Assembly (NCBI GenBank): GCA_963822965.1
Contig: CAWGJT010000005.1
Coordinates: forward strand, 512,001-576,000
Origin: an uncultured delta proteobacterium
GTDB taxonomy: Bacteria > Myxococcota_A > UBA9160 > UBA4427
Reading direction: 5' to 3'
DNA length: 64,000 bases
In this document: positions 39,560 through 48,819 of the stretch, in pieces
How positions within the stretch are numbered: position 1 is the first letter of the stretch
Layout: each line of letters begins with the position of its first letter
Translations under genes and position numbers: made by a program
The notes under the pieces: generated by a model
Told to the model about the DNA's origin: nothing
The model's database searches: none
The model's input: only the letters and a program-made list of their open reading frames with translations

Positions 39560-39630
39560 CTCGTTCGTTCCTTCCCTTCCTGCTGCGCCGGCTCTTCCCG
39601 GTCTCGCTCTTCTCGCCTCGCTCGGGGCGC

Positions 39631-40608
39631 TCAGGCGGCGCGACGGCGCAGCCGGGCCGCCTCGCGACGCATCTCCGCTTCGTCCATGAGCCGCGCCTGT
39701 CCGCCGAGCGCCGTGCAGTTGTTCGACGCCGCCCGGGCCGCCAGCCGCAGCGCGTCCAGGGCGCCGAGGCCGTGCACGAGACCGGCCGCGAAAGCGCCAT
39801 GGAAGGCGTCCCCGGCGCCCGTCGTGTCGCGCACGCGCACCCGGTGGGCGGGGATGCGACGCGGCCTCCCGTCGACCAGTGCGAGCGCGCCGCGGCGCCC
39901 CTCGGTCACCACCGGGCGACCGCCGTAGGCCTCGCGCAGGGCGAAGAGCGTGTCCCGCGCGTTCCGGCCTCCCCACGTCTGTCCGAACTCCTCGGGCACG
40001 ATGGGATAGTCCACCCAGGGCAGCATCTCGTGGAAGACCGGCCGCGAGTCCGAGAAGTCGGCCACCACGACGCCGCCGCAGCGGCGGGCCTGGCGGATGG
40101 CGCGCAGGGCCTGGCGCGGGTAGTGGCCGTCGATCATCAGCACGCTGCCCTGGCGGATGGGTGAGAGGTCGAAGGCCGGCGCCCGCCGCTCGACGGCGCG
40201 CCGGTCCGGCACGATGAAGCTGCGCTCGCCCGTCTTCGCGTTCACGAGCACGATGGCGACGGAGGTGGGGCAGGCGGCGCTGCGAAGCAGCCCCCGCGTA
40301 TCCACCCCCGAAGCGCGCAGCTCGCGTGCGATCTCGCGTCCCTCCTGGTCCTCGCCCACCACCGACAGGACGTGCGTGCGGCAGCCCAGGCGGGCCGCCT
40401 GGGCGACCGCCGTCCCGGTCATTCCCCCCGCCGACGCGAGCCGCTGGTGATAGCGGACACGCTGGGCGGTGGGCGCCCCACCGTCCACCAGGAAGAGGAG
40501 ATCGAACGCGCAGAGACCGAGCCCGACCACGCTTCGCAGATTCTTCTCGCGCGCCTCGAGCGACCCCTCGGGTCGACCCCGGCGCCGCCTCGCGGGCTCT
40601 CGCGCCAC
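39631..40608 (-). CDS. PfkB-family carbohydrate kinase (start uncertain)
   Basis: GGMTGTAVAQAARLG, VVTEGRRG, DTTGAGDAFHGAF. Confidence 0.88.
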   Translation of the reverse strand: MAREPARRRRGRPEGSLEAREKNLRSVVGLGLCAFDLLFLVDGGAPTAQRVRYHQRLASAGGMTGTAVAQAARLGCRTHVLSVVGEDQEGREIARELRASGVDTRGLLRSAACPTSVAIVLVNAKTGERSFIVPDRRAVERRAPAFDLSPIRQGSVLMIDGHYPRQALRAIRQARRCGGVVVADFSDSRPVFHEMLPWVDYPIVPEEFGQTWGGRNARDTLFALREAYGGRPVVTEGRRGALALVDGRPRRIPAHRVRVRDTTGAGDAFHGAFAAGLVHGLGALDALRLAARAASNNCTALGGQARLMDEAEMRREAARLRRRAA

Positions 40609-40756
40609 CCCACCCCCCAGCGGGTCGATGTAAGCGCCCAAGCTAGCAGAACTTTCCCGCTTCCGGGCCGGCCTCCGGGCGGCTGCGGCCGCACCGCCGC
40701 GCCCTTGCGATCCCCAGGCACATCGCGCATCAACCCGGATGGAGGGGGAGCCTGCG

Positions 40757-40782
40757 GTAACCCCTGCGGTGGCCGCGCCGTA
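40757..40782 (+). promoter_or_regulatory. ECF sigma (SigF/ECF16-like) promoter GTAACC-N16-CGTA
   Basis: Exact 16-nt spacing, 50 nt upstream of the precursor ATG. Confidence 0.6.
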
Positions 40783-40832
40783 CTCTCCCGCGCACCGACG
40801 GAGCGACCTCCGTCTCGAAGGAGCCGATTCCC

Positions 40833-41093
40833 ATGAATGCAAAGCGAGTTGTGCTCGCGGCGGCTGCCGCGGCGCTCTTCACCTCGGGTGCCACCCTGAT
40901 GGCCGGCACCGCCAAGGCCGGCGACGAAGGCGGCAAGATGGTCCACTGCCAGGGCGTGAACGGCTGCAAGGGGCAGTCCGATTGCGCAGGCGCCGGGCAC
41001 GACTGCTCGGGCAAGAACGCCTGCAAGGGCAAGGGCTGGAAGAAGATGACGGCCGACGAGTGCGACAAGGCCAAGGCCGAGATGGAAGGCTAG
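40833..41093 (+). CDS. bufferin-type (BufA2-like) Cys-rich RiPP precursor with signal peptide
   Basis: Sec signal ending AKA; core HCQGVNGCKGQSDC...DCSGKNACKGKGW...EC; directly upstream of DUF692. Confidence 0.85.
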   Translation: MNAKRVVLAAAAAALFTSGATLMAGTAKAGDEGGKMVHCQGVNGCKGQSDCAGAGHDCSGKNACKGKGWKKMTADECDKAKAEMEG

Positions 41094-41100
41094 CGGGGCG

Positions 41101-41129
41101 CGGGCGCGGGGGCGCCGCCCCCGCGCCCG
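41101..41129 (+). terminator. 13-bp perfect GC hairpin after the precursor gene
   Basis: CGGGCGCGGGGGC-gcc-GCCCCCGCGCCCG, with no poly-U tail. Confidence 0.55.
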
Positions 41130-41157
41130 TACTTCCGCCGCGCATGACCCGTCCCCC

Positions 41158-42066
41158 ATGACCGGGCACACCCCGCAAGCCCCCGCGCACCATCGTCCGG
41201 CCCGCCGGCCGAGCGAGGCGCCCTTCCTGGGCGTGGGCGTCGGGCTCCGGCCGGTGCACTACGCGGAGATCTTCGAACGCGCCCGCGCCGAAACCCTGGG
41301 CGTCGATTTCTTCGAGATCCTGAGCGAGAACTTCATGGTGCCGGGCGGCAAGCCCCTGCGGATGCTGGACCGGGCCTGCGCGCTGCGTCCGGTGGCTCTG
41401 CACGGCGTCTCCCTCAACGTGGGATCCGTGGATCCCCTGGACGACGACTACCTGGACGAGCTCGCGAAGCTCGCCGAGCGGACGCGCCCGCGCTGGGTGT
41501 CGGATCACCTGTGCTGGACGGGCGTCGGCGGCCATCCGCTGCACGACCTGCTGCCCCTGCCCTATTCCGACGAGGCGATCGAGCACGTGGCCGCCCGGGT
41601 GCGGCGCGTGCAGGAGCGGCTGGGACGCCGCATCGCCCTCGAGAACGTCTCCTCCTACATGAGCTACGCGGACGACGCGATGCCCGAGTGGGAGTTCCTG
41701 GCGCGGGTCGCCGGGGAGGCCGACTGCGGCATCCTGCTCGACGTCAACAACGTCTTCGTGAGCGCCCACAACCACGGCTTCGACGCCCGCGAGTACCTGG
41801 ACGCGATTCCCGCGGAGCGTGTCTTCCAGATCCACCTGGCGGGGCACAGCGAGTCGCCGCCGCTGCTCATCGACACCCACGACCATCCCGTGCGCGACGA
41901 GGTGTGGGACCTCTACGCGTACACCCTGCGCCGCACCGGGCCCGTCACCACCACCATCGAGTGGGACGACCACATCCCGCCCTTCTCGCGGCTGCTGGAA
42001 GAGGTGGAGCGGGCGCGCAAGATCGTCGACCGGCTCTTCACCCACGCGGAAGCGGGAAGACGGTGA
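41158..42066 (+). CDS. DUF692 multinuclear non-heme iron oxidase (MNIO, BufB-like)
   Basis: FEILSENFM, HGVSL, SDHLCW, LENVSSY, LLDVNN, QIHLAGH, IDTHD, IEWD. Confidence 0.95.
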   Translation: MTGHTPQAPAHHRPARRPSEAPFLGVGVGLRPVHYAEIFERARAETLGVDFFEILSENFMVPGGKPLRMLDRACALRPVALHGVSLNVGSVDPLDDDYLDELAKLAERTRPRWVSDHLCWTGVGGHPLHDLLPLPYSDEAIEHVAARVRRVQERLGRRIALENVSSYMSYADDAMPEWEFLARVAGEADCGILLDVNNVFVSAHNHGFDAREYLDAIPAERVFQIHLAGHSESPPLLIDTHDHPVRDEVWDLYAYTLRRTGPVTTTIEWDDHIPPFSRLLEEVERARKIVDRLFTHAEAGRR

Positions 42067-42965
42067 AGTCGGTCGAGACCGAAGACGGCCGGCTGGCCGC
42101 CAGCCAGCGGCGCCTGTGGCGGCTCATCGCCTGGCCCGAGGGCGTGGCCGCGGCCCTGGGCGGGGAGCCGCCCGGCACGCCGCCCCTGGACTCCGTGGTG
42201 CGAAGCGACGCGCGTCTCGGCGCCGAGTCACGTCTCGACGTCTACGCCAACGCCTACTTCTTCCGCATCCACGACGTGCTCGCCGAGGACTACCCCACCC
42301 TGCGGGCCGTGCTGGGAGAGACGGACTTCCACGATCTCGTCACGTCGTATCTGGCGGTGCACCCCTCGACCCACCCGTCGCTTCGCTGGATCGGCGGCCG
42401 GCTGCCGGGCTTCCTGCGCGAGCACCCGGCGGCGGCGGGCGTTCGCGCGCGCTGTCCCGTGGCGGCGGACCTGGCGGGCCTCGAGTGGGCCACCGAGATG
42501 GCCTTCGACGCGGCGGACTCCCGGGCCGCCACCCGCGACGACCTGGGCCGCCTGGCCCCCGAGGCCTTCGACGCCCTGCCTCTCCGGCTGCGGCCCTCGG
42601 TACGGCTGCTGCGCCTCGCGTGGCCCGTACACGAGCTTCGAGCCGCCTGGCGCCGCGAAGAGCTCCTGCCCGAGATCGCACCCGGGGAGACGGCCGTGTG
42701 CGTGTGGCGCGGCGGCCCGGCGGCCGAAGGCCGTGGCGCAGACCGCGGAGAGAGCGCCGAGAGCGACGGCCGCGTCATGAACCGGGTCCTCGCCGCGGAC
42801 GAGGCGGCCGCCCTCGAGCGGGTGGCCGCCGGCGTCGCCTTCGGCGCCCTGTGCGAGGTCATCGCCGCGGAGGCAGGGGACGAGCAGGCGCCCGCCCTGG
42901 CGGCGGGCTTCCTCGCTCGCTGGGTCGACGACGGGCTCCTGCTGGGCCTCGAACGAGAGGACTGA
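42063..42965 (+). CDS. DUF2063 MNIO partner protein (BufC/HvfC-like)
   Basis: RLDVYANAYF, DYPTLRAVLG..F..LV..Y...HPS, DLAGLEWA; GTGA overlap with DUF692. Confidence 0.88.
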   Translation: MKSVETEDGRLAASQRRLWRLIAWPEGVAAALGGEPPGTPPLDSVVRSDARLGAESRLDVYANAYFFRIHDVLAEDYPTLRAVLGETDFHDLVTSYLAVHPSTHPSLRWIGGRLPGFLREHPAAAGVRARCPVAADLAGLEWATEMAFDAADSRAATRDDLGRLAPEAFDALPLRLRPSVRLLRLAWPVHELRAAWRREELLPEIAPGETAVCVWRGGPAAEGRGADRGESAESDGRVMNRVLAADEAAALERVAAGVAFGALCEVIAAEAGDEQAPALAAGFLARWVDDGLLLGLERED

Positions 42966-43023
42966 GCGGGCCGGCCCGGCGGCCCGGGCCTTCCCGGGCG
43001 CGGCGCCTATATTCTCCGCCCGC

Positions 43024-44256
43024 ATGCAGGCCCTCTCCCGAAGCCAGCCCCGCCTCGAGCGCCACGACCCGCCCTCGCCCGCCGACTACGTGAGCGAGCG
43101 CAACCGCCACGTGGCGCCCGCTCGGCCGGGGGAGTTCGCGCCGGTCTCCATCGGGAGCCTTCCGATCTGGCCGCCGGTGGTGCTGGCGCCCATGGCGGGC
43201 ATCACCAACTACCCGTTCCGCGCCCTGTGCCGGGAGTTCGGCGCCGGCCTCTACGTGAGCGAGATGATCACCGCGCGCGCCCTCGTCGAGCGCAACGCCA
43301 AGACCCTGAAGCTCTCGGGCTTCAACCCCGAAGAGGAGCCGCGCAGCCTGCAGCTCTACGGCACCGATCCCCACTACGTGGGCGAGGCCGTGGCCTGGCT
43401 GGTGGGCGAGAGCCGGGTCGACCACATCGACATGAACTTCGGCTGTCCGGTGCGGAAGGTCACCCGCAAGGGCGGCGGGGCCGCGATCCCCGCCCGACCC
43501 CGGCTACTGGCGCGCATCGTGCGGGCGGCGGTGCAGCGCGCCGGCGACGTGCCCGTCACCATCAAGTTCCGCCTGGGCATCGACGACGACCTGCCGACCT
43601 TCCTCGACGCGGGGCACGTGGGCGAGTCCGAGGGCTGCGCAGCCGTCGCCCTGCACGCCCGCTCCGCCGCACAGCTCTACGACGGCGAGGCCCATTGGGA
43701 GGCCATCGCGCAGCTCAAGCAGGCCGTGCGCACGATTCCGGTGTTCGGCAACGGCGACGTCTGGGAGGCGGGCGACGCCCTGCGCATGATGCGCGAGACG
43801 GGCTGCGACGGCGTCGTGGTGGGACGCGGCTGCCTGGGGCGCCCGTGGCTCTTCCGCGACCTGGCGGACGTGTTCGACGGAAGGCTTCCCCAGGTGCCGC
43901 CGCGCTTCGGCGAGATCGCGGCCGTCATGCGACGCCACGCGGGCCTGCTGGCCGACTGGTTCGGCGAGCGGGTGGGGGTGCGCTCGTTCCGCAAGCAGGC
44001 GGTCTGGTACACCAAGGGCTTCCCGGGCAGCCCACAGCTGCGGGGGCGACTCATCCAGGTGTCCACCCTGGCCGACCTCGACGAGGCGCTCGCCACCGCC
44101 GACCCCGACGCGCCCTTCCCGCCCGAGGCCATGCGCATGAAGCGCGGCAAGAAGGGGGGCCGCCAGCGGGTGGCGCTGCCCGAGGGCTACCTGGAAGACC
44201 GTCTGTCGGATCTTCCCCCCGGCCCCGAGGCCGAGGACGCCATCTCCGGTGGCTGA
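43024..44256 (+). CDS. dusB: tRNA-dihydrouridine synthase
   Basis: LAPMAG, QLYG, IDMNFGCP, LHAR, GNGDV, GRGCLGRPW. Confidence 0.9.
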   Translation: MQALSRSQPRLERHDPPSPADYVSERNRHVAPARPGEFAPVSIGSLPIWPPVVLAPMAGITNYPFRALCREFGAGLYVSEMITARALVERNAKTLKLSGFNPEEEPRSLQLYGTDPHYVGEAVAWLVGESRVDHIDMNFGCPVRKVTRKGGGAAIPARPRLLARIVRAAVQRAGDVPVTIKFRLGIDDDLPTFLDAGHVGESEGCAAVALHARSAAQLYDGEAHWEAIAQLKQAVRTIPVFGNGDVWEAGDALRMMRETGCDGVVVGRGCLGRPWLFRDLADVFDGRLPQVPPRFGEIAAVMRRHAGLLADWFGERVGVRSFRKQAVWYTKGFPGSPQLRGRLIQVSTLADLDEALATADPDAPFPPEAMRMKRGKKGGRQRVALPEGYLEDRLSDLPPGPEAEDAISGG

Positions 44257-44947
44257 CCGCCGCGCGCTTCCCCGCCGCCCGGCCGCCCTCGCAGCGCTCG
44301 CCGCCCTGGGCTGCCTCGCCTCGCTCGCCGTCGGCTGCCGCACGTTCGAGATGACGCACGTCCAGCGCTACGAGGGAACCGTCCTGCCGCATCCCATCGT
44401 GATGCGCGTCTACGACTTCGACAGCGAGGGCGCCCGGGTCTCCCTGGCCGACCCCCTGGCCTCGCCGGAGGAGACGGCACGCGAGATCGGGCACGCCCTC
44501 GCCCTGGTGCTGGTCGACGATCTGGGCGAGCTCGACGTGGTCGCCGACGCGTACAGCGGCCCCATCGAGGTGCCCGAGGACACCCTGGTCGTGCAGGGAC
44601 AGCTCGTCTCCGTCACCGAGGGCAGCGCCGCCGGCCGGGTGCTCGTGGGCTTCGGCCACGGCGAGAGCGAGATGGAGACCCTCGTCCGTCTCTACAAGGG
44701 CACGCCGGACGGGCCGGTGGAGATCGCCGCCTACCGTACCCGCGTCTCCAGCGGCAACGAGCCCGGCATCCTGACCACCCTGCCCCTGGGCATCCTCTAC
44801 CAGAGCCTCGCCGCCGTCGGACGCACCGCCACCACCACCCGCGACACCGAAGCTCTGCCCGCCGGCATCGCCGCCGACCTCCGCAGGACCGCCCACGAGT
44901 GGGCCGTCACCCTGCACGCCATCTCGTTGAACGAGACCTGGTTCTAG
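44249..44947 (+). CDS. lipoprotein, DUF4410-like
   Basis: Lipobox LAVGC; VTEGSAAGRVLVGFGHG motif. Confidence 0.7.
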   Translation: MADRRALPRRPAALAALAALGCLASLAVGCRTFEMTHVQRYEGTVLPHPIVMRVYDFDSEGARVSLADPLASPEETAREIGHALALVLVDDLGELDVVADAYSGPIEVPEDTLVVQGQLVSVTEGSAAGRVLVGFGHGESEMETLVRLYKGTPDGPVEIAAYRTRVSSGNEPGILTTLPLGILYQSLAAVGRTATTTRDTEALPAGIAADLRRTAHEWAVTLHAISLNETWF

Positions 44948-45054
44948 CCAGGGAGCTGCCAGGGCCGCCTGGGGTCGCAGGAAGCGCGAGCTGGCGGAGG
45001 GGTACGCCGGGGCGCATCCTCTCGGGAATCCCGTCACCGAATCGGAGAATCACC

Positions 45055-45489
45055 ATGGGTCTCTTGCAGGACGTCACGCCGATCAACGACCAGCTCGCCG
45101 ACATCATCGTGCGCTCCACCGATCCCTGGATCGAGATGGAGAAGGACATGGCCTGGATCAAGGTGCTGTGGACGGGCGAGGAGTCGGGGCGCTGGGCGGC
45201 GCTCTTCCGCTGGAACAAGGGCTACGTGGCCGCGCCCCACAAACACCTGTCCGCGGCGCACACGTTCATCCTGAAGGGCAAGCTGCAGGTCCGGGACGGC
45301 GTCCTGAACACCGGCGACTACGACTACGAGCCGAACGGCGTGCTGCACGGCGCGACGACCGCCCTCGAAGACACCGAGTACCTCTTCATCTGCGACGGTC
45401 CGGTGCTCTTCTACAACGACGACGGCCTGCAGTCCTATCTCGGCTGGGAAGAGCTGCACCGCATGCGCGAGGCCGCCCGGCAGGGCTGA
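45055..45489 (+). CDS. ChrR-like cupin (dihydroxyacetophenone dioxygenase-like)
   Basis: APHKHLS...YEPNGVLH cupin His motifs. Confidence 0.8.
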   Translation: MGLLQDVTPINDQLADIIVRSTDPWIEMEKDMAWIKVLWTGEESGRWAALFRWNKGYVAAPHKHLSAAHTFILKGKLQVRDGVLNTGDYDYEPNGVLHGATTALEDTEYLFICDGPVLFYNDDGLQSYLGWEELHRMREAARQG

Positions 45490-45544
45490 CGATCCGGTCG
45501 GGTCGGCTCGAGATGGCCTGCCCGCAATCCGCGCTCGGTGCGGC

Positions 45545-46435
45545 CTACGCGCCGAGCACCTCCGCCACGCGGTCCACCTCGTCGGGGTCGAGGGTCGTCG
45601 GGATGAGGAAGAGCTCGTCGGCGCCCGCGTCCTCCATGGATCGGATCCGGTCGCGCAGGGCGTCGGCCGTCCCCGCGAAGCCGGCGCTGGCGGCGAGGGC
45701 CTCGCGGGCCTCGGGCACCCAGTTGAAGTAGCGGTGCAGGTGGGTGCGCGCCTGCTCGCGGGGCTTCTCGCCCTCCCCCACCGCGAACCAGGTCGCGACG
45801 TCGAGGATCGGTCGCGTCTCCCGGCCCGCCTCGCGCCAGCAGCGCACGGCGCTCTCGAAGGCGGCCTTCGCCTCCGCGGGGCTCGCCGTGACGGCCATCC
45901 CCAGGATGCCGTCCGCCCAGCGCGCGGCGTTGGCCAGGCTCCTGGGCCCGAGGGCGCCGGCCAGGATCTTCGGCCCTCCCTTCTGCACCGGCAGGGGCTC
46001 CACCGGACGCAGCACGCCGGGGACGACCTTCTCTCCCGCCCACACCCTGCGCATGGTTCGCACCGTCTCCTCGAGCCCGGCGATGCGCTTGCGCGAGAGG
46101 TCCGCGCCGATGGCGAGGTAGTCCTCGACGCGACCGCCCGTGCCGACGCCGAGCACCAGACGGCCGCCGGAGAGCACGTCGATGGTTGCGTACTGCTTCG
46201 CCATGAGCACCGGGTCGTGCATGGTCACCACCGCCACGGACGCCACGATCTTCACGCGCTCGGTCAATGCCGCGCAGGCGCCCATCAGCGCGACGATGTC
46301 CGGTGTCGGGAACGCGTTGCGCTCGCCCAGGGCCAGGCTGTGGAAGGGACCCGCCTCGACGCGGCGGATCCACTCGAGGGCGATCTCCCGTGTCCAGCCG
46401 GGCTCCGTGACCGGCAGGGTCATTCCGACCTTCAT
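45545..46435 (-). CDS. LLM-class flavin-dependent oxidoreductase
   Basis: SLALGER, HDPVLMAKQYATIDVLSGGRLVLGVG. Confidence 0.9.
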   Translation of the reverse strand: MKVGMTLPVTEPGWTREIALEWIRRVEAGPFHSLALGERNAFPTPDIVALMGACAALTERVKIVASVAVVTMHDPVLMAKQYATIDVLSGGRLVLGVGTGGRVEDYLAIGADLSRKRIAGLEETVRTMRRVWAGEKVVPGVLRPVEPLPVQKGGPKILAGALGPRSLANAARWADGILGMAVTASPAEAKAAFESAVRCWREAGRETRPILDVATWFAVGEGEKPREQARTHLHRYFNWVPEAREALAASAGFAGTADALRDRIRSMEDAGADELFLIPTTLDPDEVDRVAEVLGA

Positions 46436-46443
46436 GCGACCGC

Positions 46444-47265
46444 TCACCGCGACGCGCCGCCGGTGACCAGGAACTGCGGCAGCACCAGCAGGTAGGTCTC
46501 CTCCGCGACCGCGCGCTTCACGTCCTCGACGAAGCGGTCGATCTCCGCCGCGTCGAGCTTCCGGGACTCGCGCGCGTACTTCGCCATGTTGAGCAGAATC
46601 GGCGCCGCATGTCCCTTCGTGTCGGGTCCGGTCAGCACCGCCACCCGGACGCTCTCGAAGCCGGCCGCGCGCATCAGCCCGTAGAGCTGCCGGCCGATGA
46701 GCGGCGTGCGATACGCGATGCTCGCCGCCTCGAAGATGCGGGACAGCCGCTCGGGGCCGATGGGCTCGACGGCGAGCATGCCCCAGTCGCTGTCCGTGGC
46801 GTGGACGAGCCCCTCGGGCCGCAACACCCGGCGGAAGTCCCGCAGCGTCGAGACCGGATCGTCCACGTACTCGAGGACGTTCTTGCAGACCACGCGGTCC
46901 ACGCTCGCATCGGGGAGCGGGAGTGCGTCCTTCTCGATGCGGTGGAAGCTGACGCGGTCGCGAACGCCTTCCCGTTCGGCGTGCTCGGCGGCGCGCTCGA
47001 GGAACATCTCGTTGATGTCCACGGCATGGACATGCCCGGTCGGGCCCACCCGGCGCGCCAGCTCGAGGGAGAGCATGCCGGGCCCGCACCCGTAGTCCAC
47101 CACCACGTGCCCCTCGCCGATCTCTGCGGGCTCGAGCATGGGCGCCATGTGCGGGCGCCAGCGGAACATCTCCTCGTAGGCGCCCACCCGATCGGGGTCG
47201 ACCTCGAGCCAGTGGTCGCGGTAGTACGTCTGGGACTGCACGGGGACTCCCTTCCGCTCGGGCAT
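46444..47265 (-). CDS. class I SAM-dependent methyltransferase
   Basis: VVDYGCGPG, VLRPEG, DSDWG. Confidence 0.88.
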   Translation of the reverse strand: MPERKGVPVQSQTYYRDHWLEVDPDRVGAYEEMFRWRPHMAPMLEPAEIGEGHVVVDYGCGPGMLSLELARRVGPTGHVHAVDINEMFLERAAEHAEREGVRDRVSFHRIEKDALPLPDASVDRVVCKNVLEYVDDPVSTLRDFRRVLRPEGLVHATDSDWGMLAVEPIGPERLSRIFEAASIAYRTPLIGRQLYGLMRAAGFESVRVAVLTGPDTKGHAAPILLNMAKYARESRKLDAAEIDRFVEDVKRAVAEETYLLVLPQFLVTGGASR

Positions 47266-47282
47266 TCGACCGGTTCGCTTCG

Positions 47283-48044
47283 CTACGAAGGCCTCGGCAC
47301 GGCGGCGTTCAGGGCCTTCGCGTCCGCCGAGGCGTTGAGCCGTGCGAACAGCCGCCCCTCGAGTGCGAGTCCCTCGGAGAGCGGAAGGCGCAGCCCTCGA
47401 ACGACGGCCTGCTTCGCAGCGAAGAGCGCCGGAGCGGGGTGGCGTGCCATCCGCTCACACCACGCCACCGCGCTCTGCGCGAACCCCTCGGTGGGCAGGA
47501 CCGCGTTCAGCAGGCCGATGCGAAGCGCCTCTTCGGCGTCGATCACCCGCCCGCTCAGGCACAGCTCGGCGCCGACACCGGCGCCGACGAGTCGGGGAAG
47601 GCGCTGGGTCCCGCCGGCCCCCGGGATGATGCCCACGGACACCTCGGGTTGACCGAGGTGCGCCCGCTGCGAGCCGATTCGCAGGGTGCAGGCCAGCGCG
47701 GTCTCGCAGCCTCCGCCCCAGGCCTGTCCGTCGATCGCCGCCACCGTGGGCTGGGGCATCGTCTCGAGCAGATCCAGGGCCCGGCTCCAGGATCCGAGAT
47801 CACCGCCCACGTCCTCGCCGCGGGCAATGCGCGCCAGGTCGTCCAGGTCCGCATGGGCGATGAAGTAGCCGTCGACGCCGCCCGTCAGCATCACGACGGA
47901 TACCTCGTCGCTTTCGGCAGCGAGCCGCTCGAGATGCGAGACCAGCTCGCTCATCGAGCGCACGTCCATCCAGTTGCGGGGCGGACGGTCGAAGGTGAGG
48001 ACCGCGATCCGACCCTCGCGCGATTCGATCCAGCTTCCGGCCAT
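47283..48044 (-). CDS. enoyl-CoA hydratase/isomerase
   Basis: GGGCETALAC, GQPEVSVGIIPGAGGTQRLPRL. Confidence 0.92.
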   Translation of the reverse strand: MAGSWIESREGRIAVLTFDRPPRNWMDVRSMSELVSHLERLAAESDEVSVVMLTGGVDGYFIAHADLDDLARIARGEDVGGDLGSWSRALDLLETMPQPTVAAIDGQAWGGGCETALACTLRIGSQRAHLGQPEVSVGIIPGAGGTQRLPRLVGAGVGAELCLSGRVIDAEEALRIGLLNAVLPTEGFAQSAVAWCERMARHPAPALFAAKQAVVRGLRLPLSEGLALEGRLFARLNASADAKALNAAVPRPS

Positions 48045-48110
48045 GCCGGGAGTCTAGACGAGTCCCGGCCGACCCGGGCGCGGCAGGTCGAGGTGTCTTG
48101 GGTCAGGCTG

Positions 48111-48770
48111 CTAGCGACGCTCCGCGATCAGCACCTCGGACGTGACGCCGAAGGCCACCAGCTTGTCGTGGTGTCGGACCTGCCAGCCGGATTCCGGCAG
48201 CAGGGGCAGGAGATCGATGGGCCGGCAGCCCCCGACCGCGGCGGGTCGATGCCGCTGGAGCCAGCTCCAGGCTCGGGCGACGGCACGCGACACCGGTCCC
48301 ACCCCGGTGGAAAGACCCGAAAGACAGAGCAGCCCGCCCGGACGAAGCATGCGGTGCGCCTCCAGCAGGACGGCCCGGATGTCGGCCTCGGAGAGGAGGT
48401 CGAAGACGTAGTTCGAAACGAAGCGATCGTAGGCCCCCGACGGCTCGCCCGCCGGCGGATCGCCTTCCGTGAGCAGCACCTCGGCCCGCCCGGAGTACGG
48501 CGCCAGGCGGGCCTGGGCGAGGGAGATCATCCTCGGGCTCAGGTCCACGCCGCGGTAGTGCGCTTCGGGCGGCAGAAGCTGGCCGAGCAGGCGCGATGCG
48601 AAGCGCCCGGTGCCGCAGCCGAACTCGAACACCGCGGTCGCAGCCCCGAAGTCTCCCTGCTGCAGGAGCCGGTTCGTGGCGCGGTCTTCGTAGAAGGACT
48701 GGGTGTCCTGAAGCGAGCCGATGCGATCGTAGGCTCTTCGGGCTTCCTGGCGGGACAGGATGGTCGACAT
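48111..48770 (-). CDS. class I SAM-dependent methyltransferase
   Basis: VFEFGCGTG, GVDLSPRM, LRPGG. Confidence 0.88.
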   Translation of the reverse strand: MSTILSRQEARRAYDRIGSLQDTQSFYEDRATNRLLQQGDFGAATAVFEFGCGTGRFASRLLGQLLPPEAHYRGVDLSPRMISLAQARLAPYSGRAEVLLTEGDPPAGEPSGAYDRFVSNYVFDLLSEADIRAVLLEAHRMLRPGGLLCLSGLSTGVGPVSRAVARAWSWLQRHRPAAVGGCRPIDLLPLLPESGWQVRHHDKLVAFGVTSEVLIAERR

Positions 48771-48819
48771 GATCTCGGCTCCTCGAGCGGCGTCCGTGGA
48801 TCCGACATGCATCCGGAGG

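Noticed and set aside
48054..48114. Segment bounded by two CTAG sites
   Set aside because: No inverted repeats inside the CTAGs and no similarity to the MITE core.
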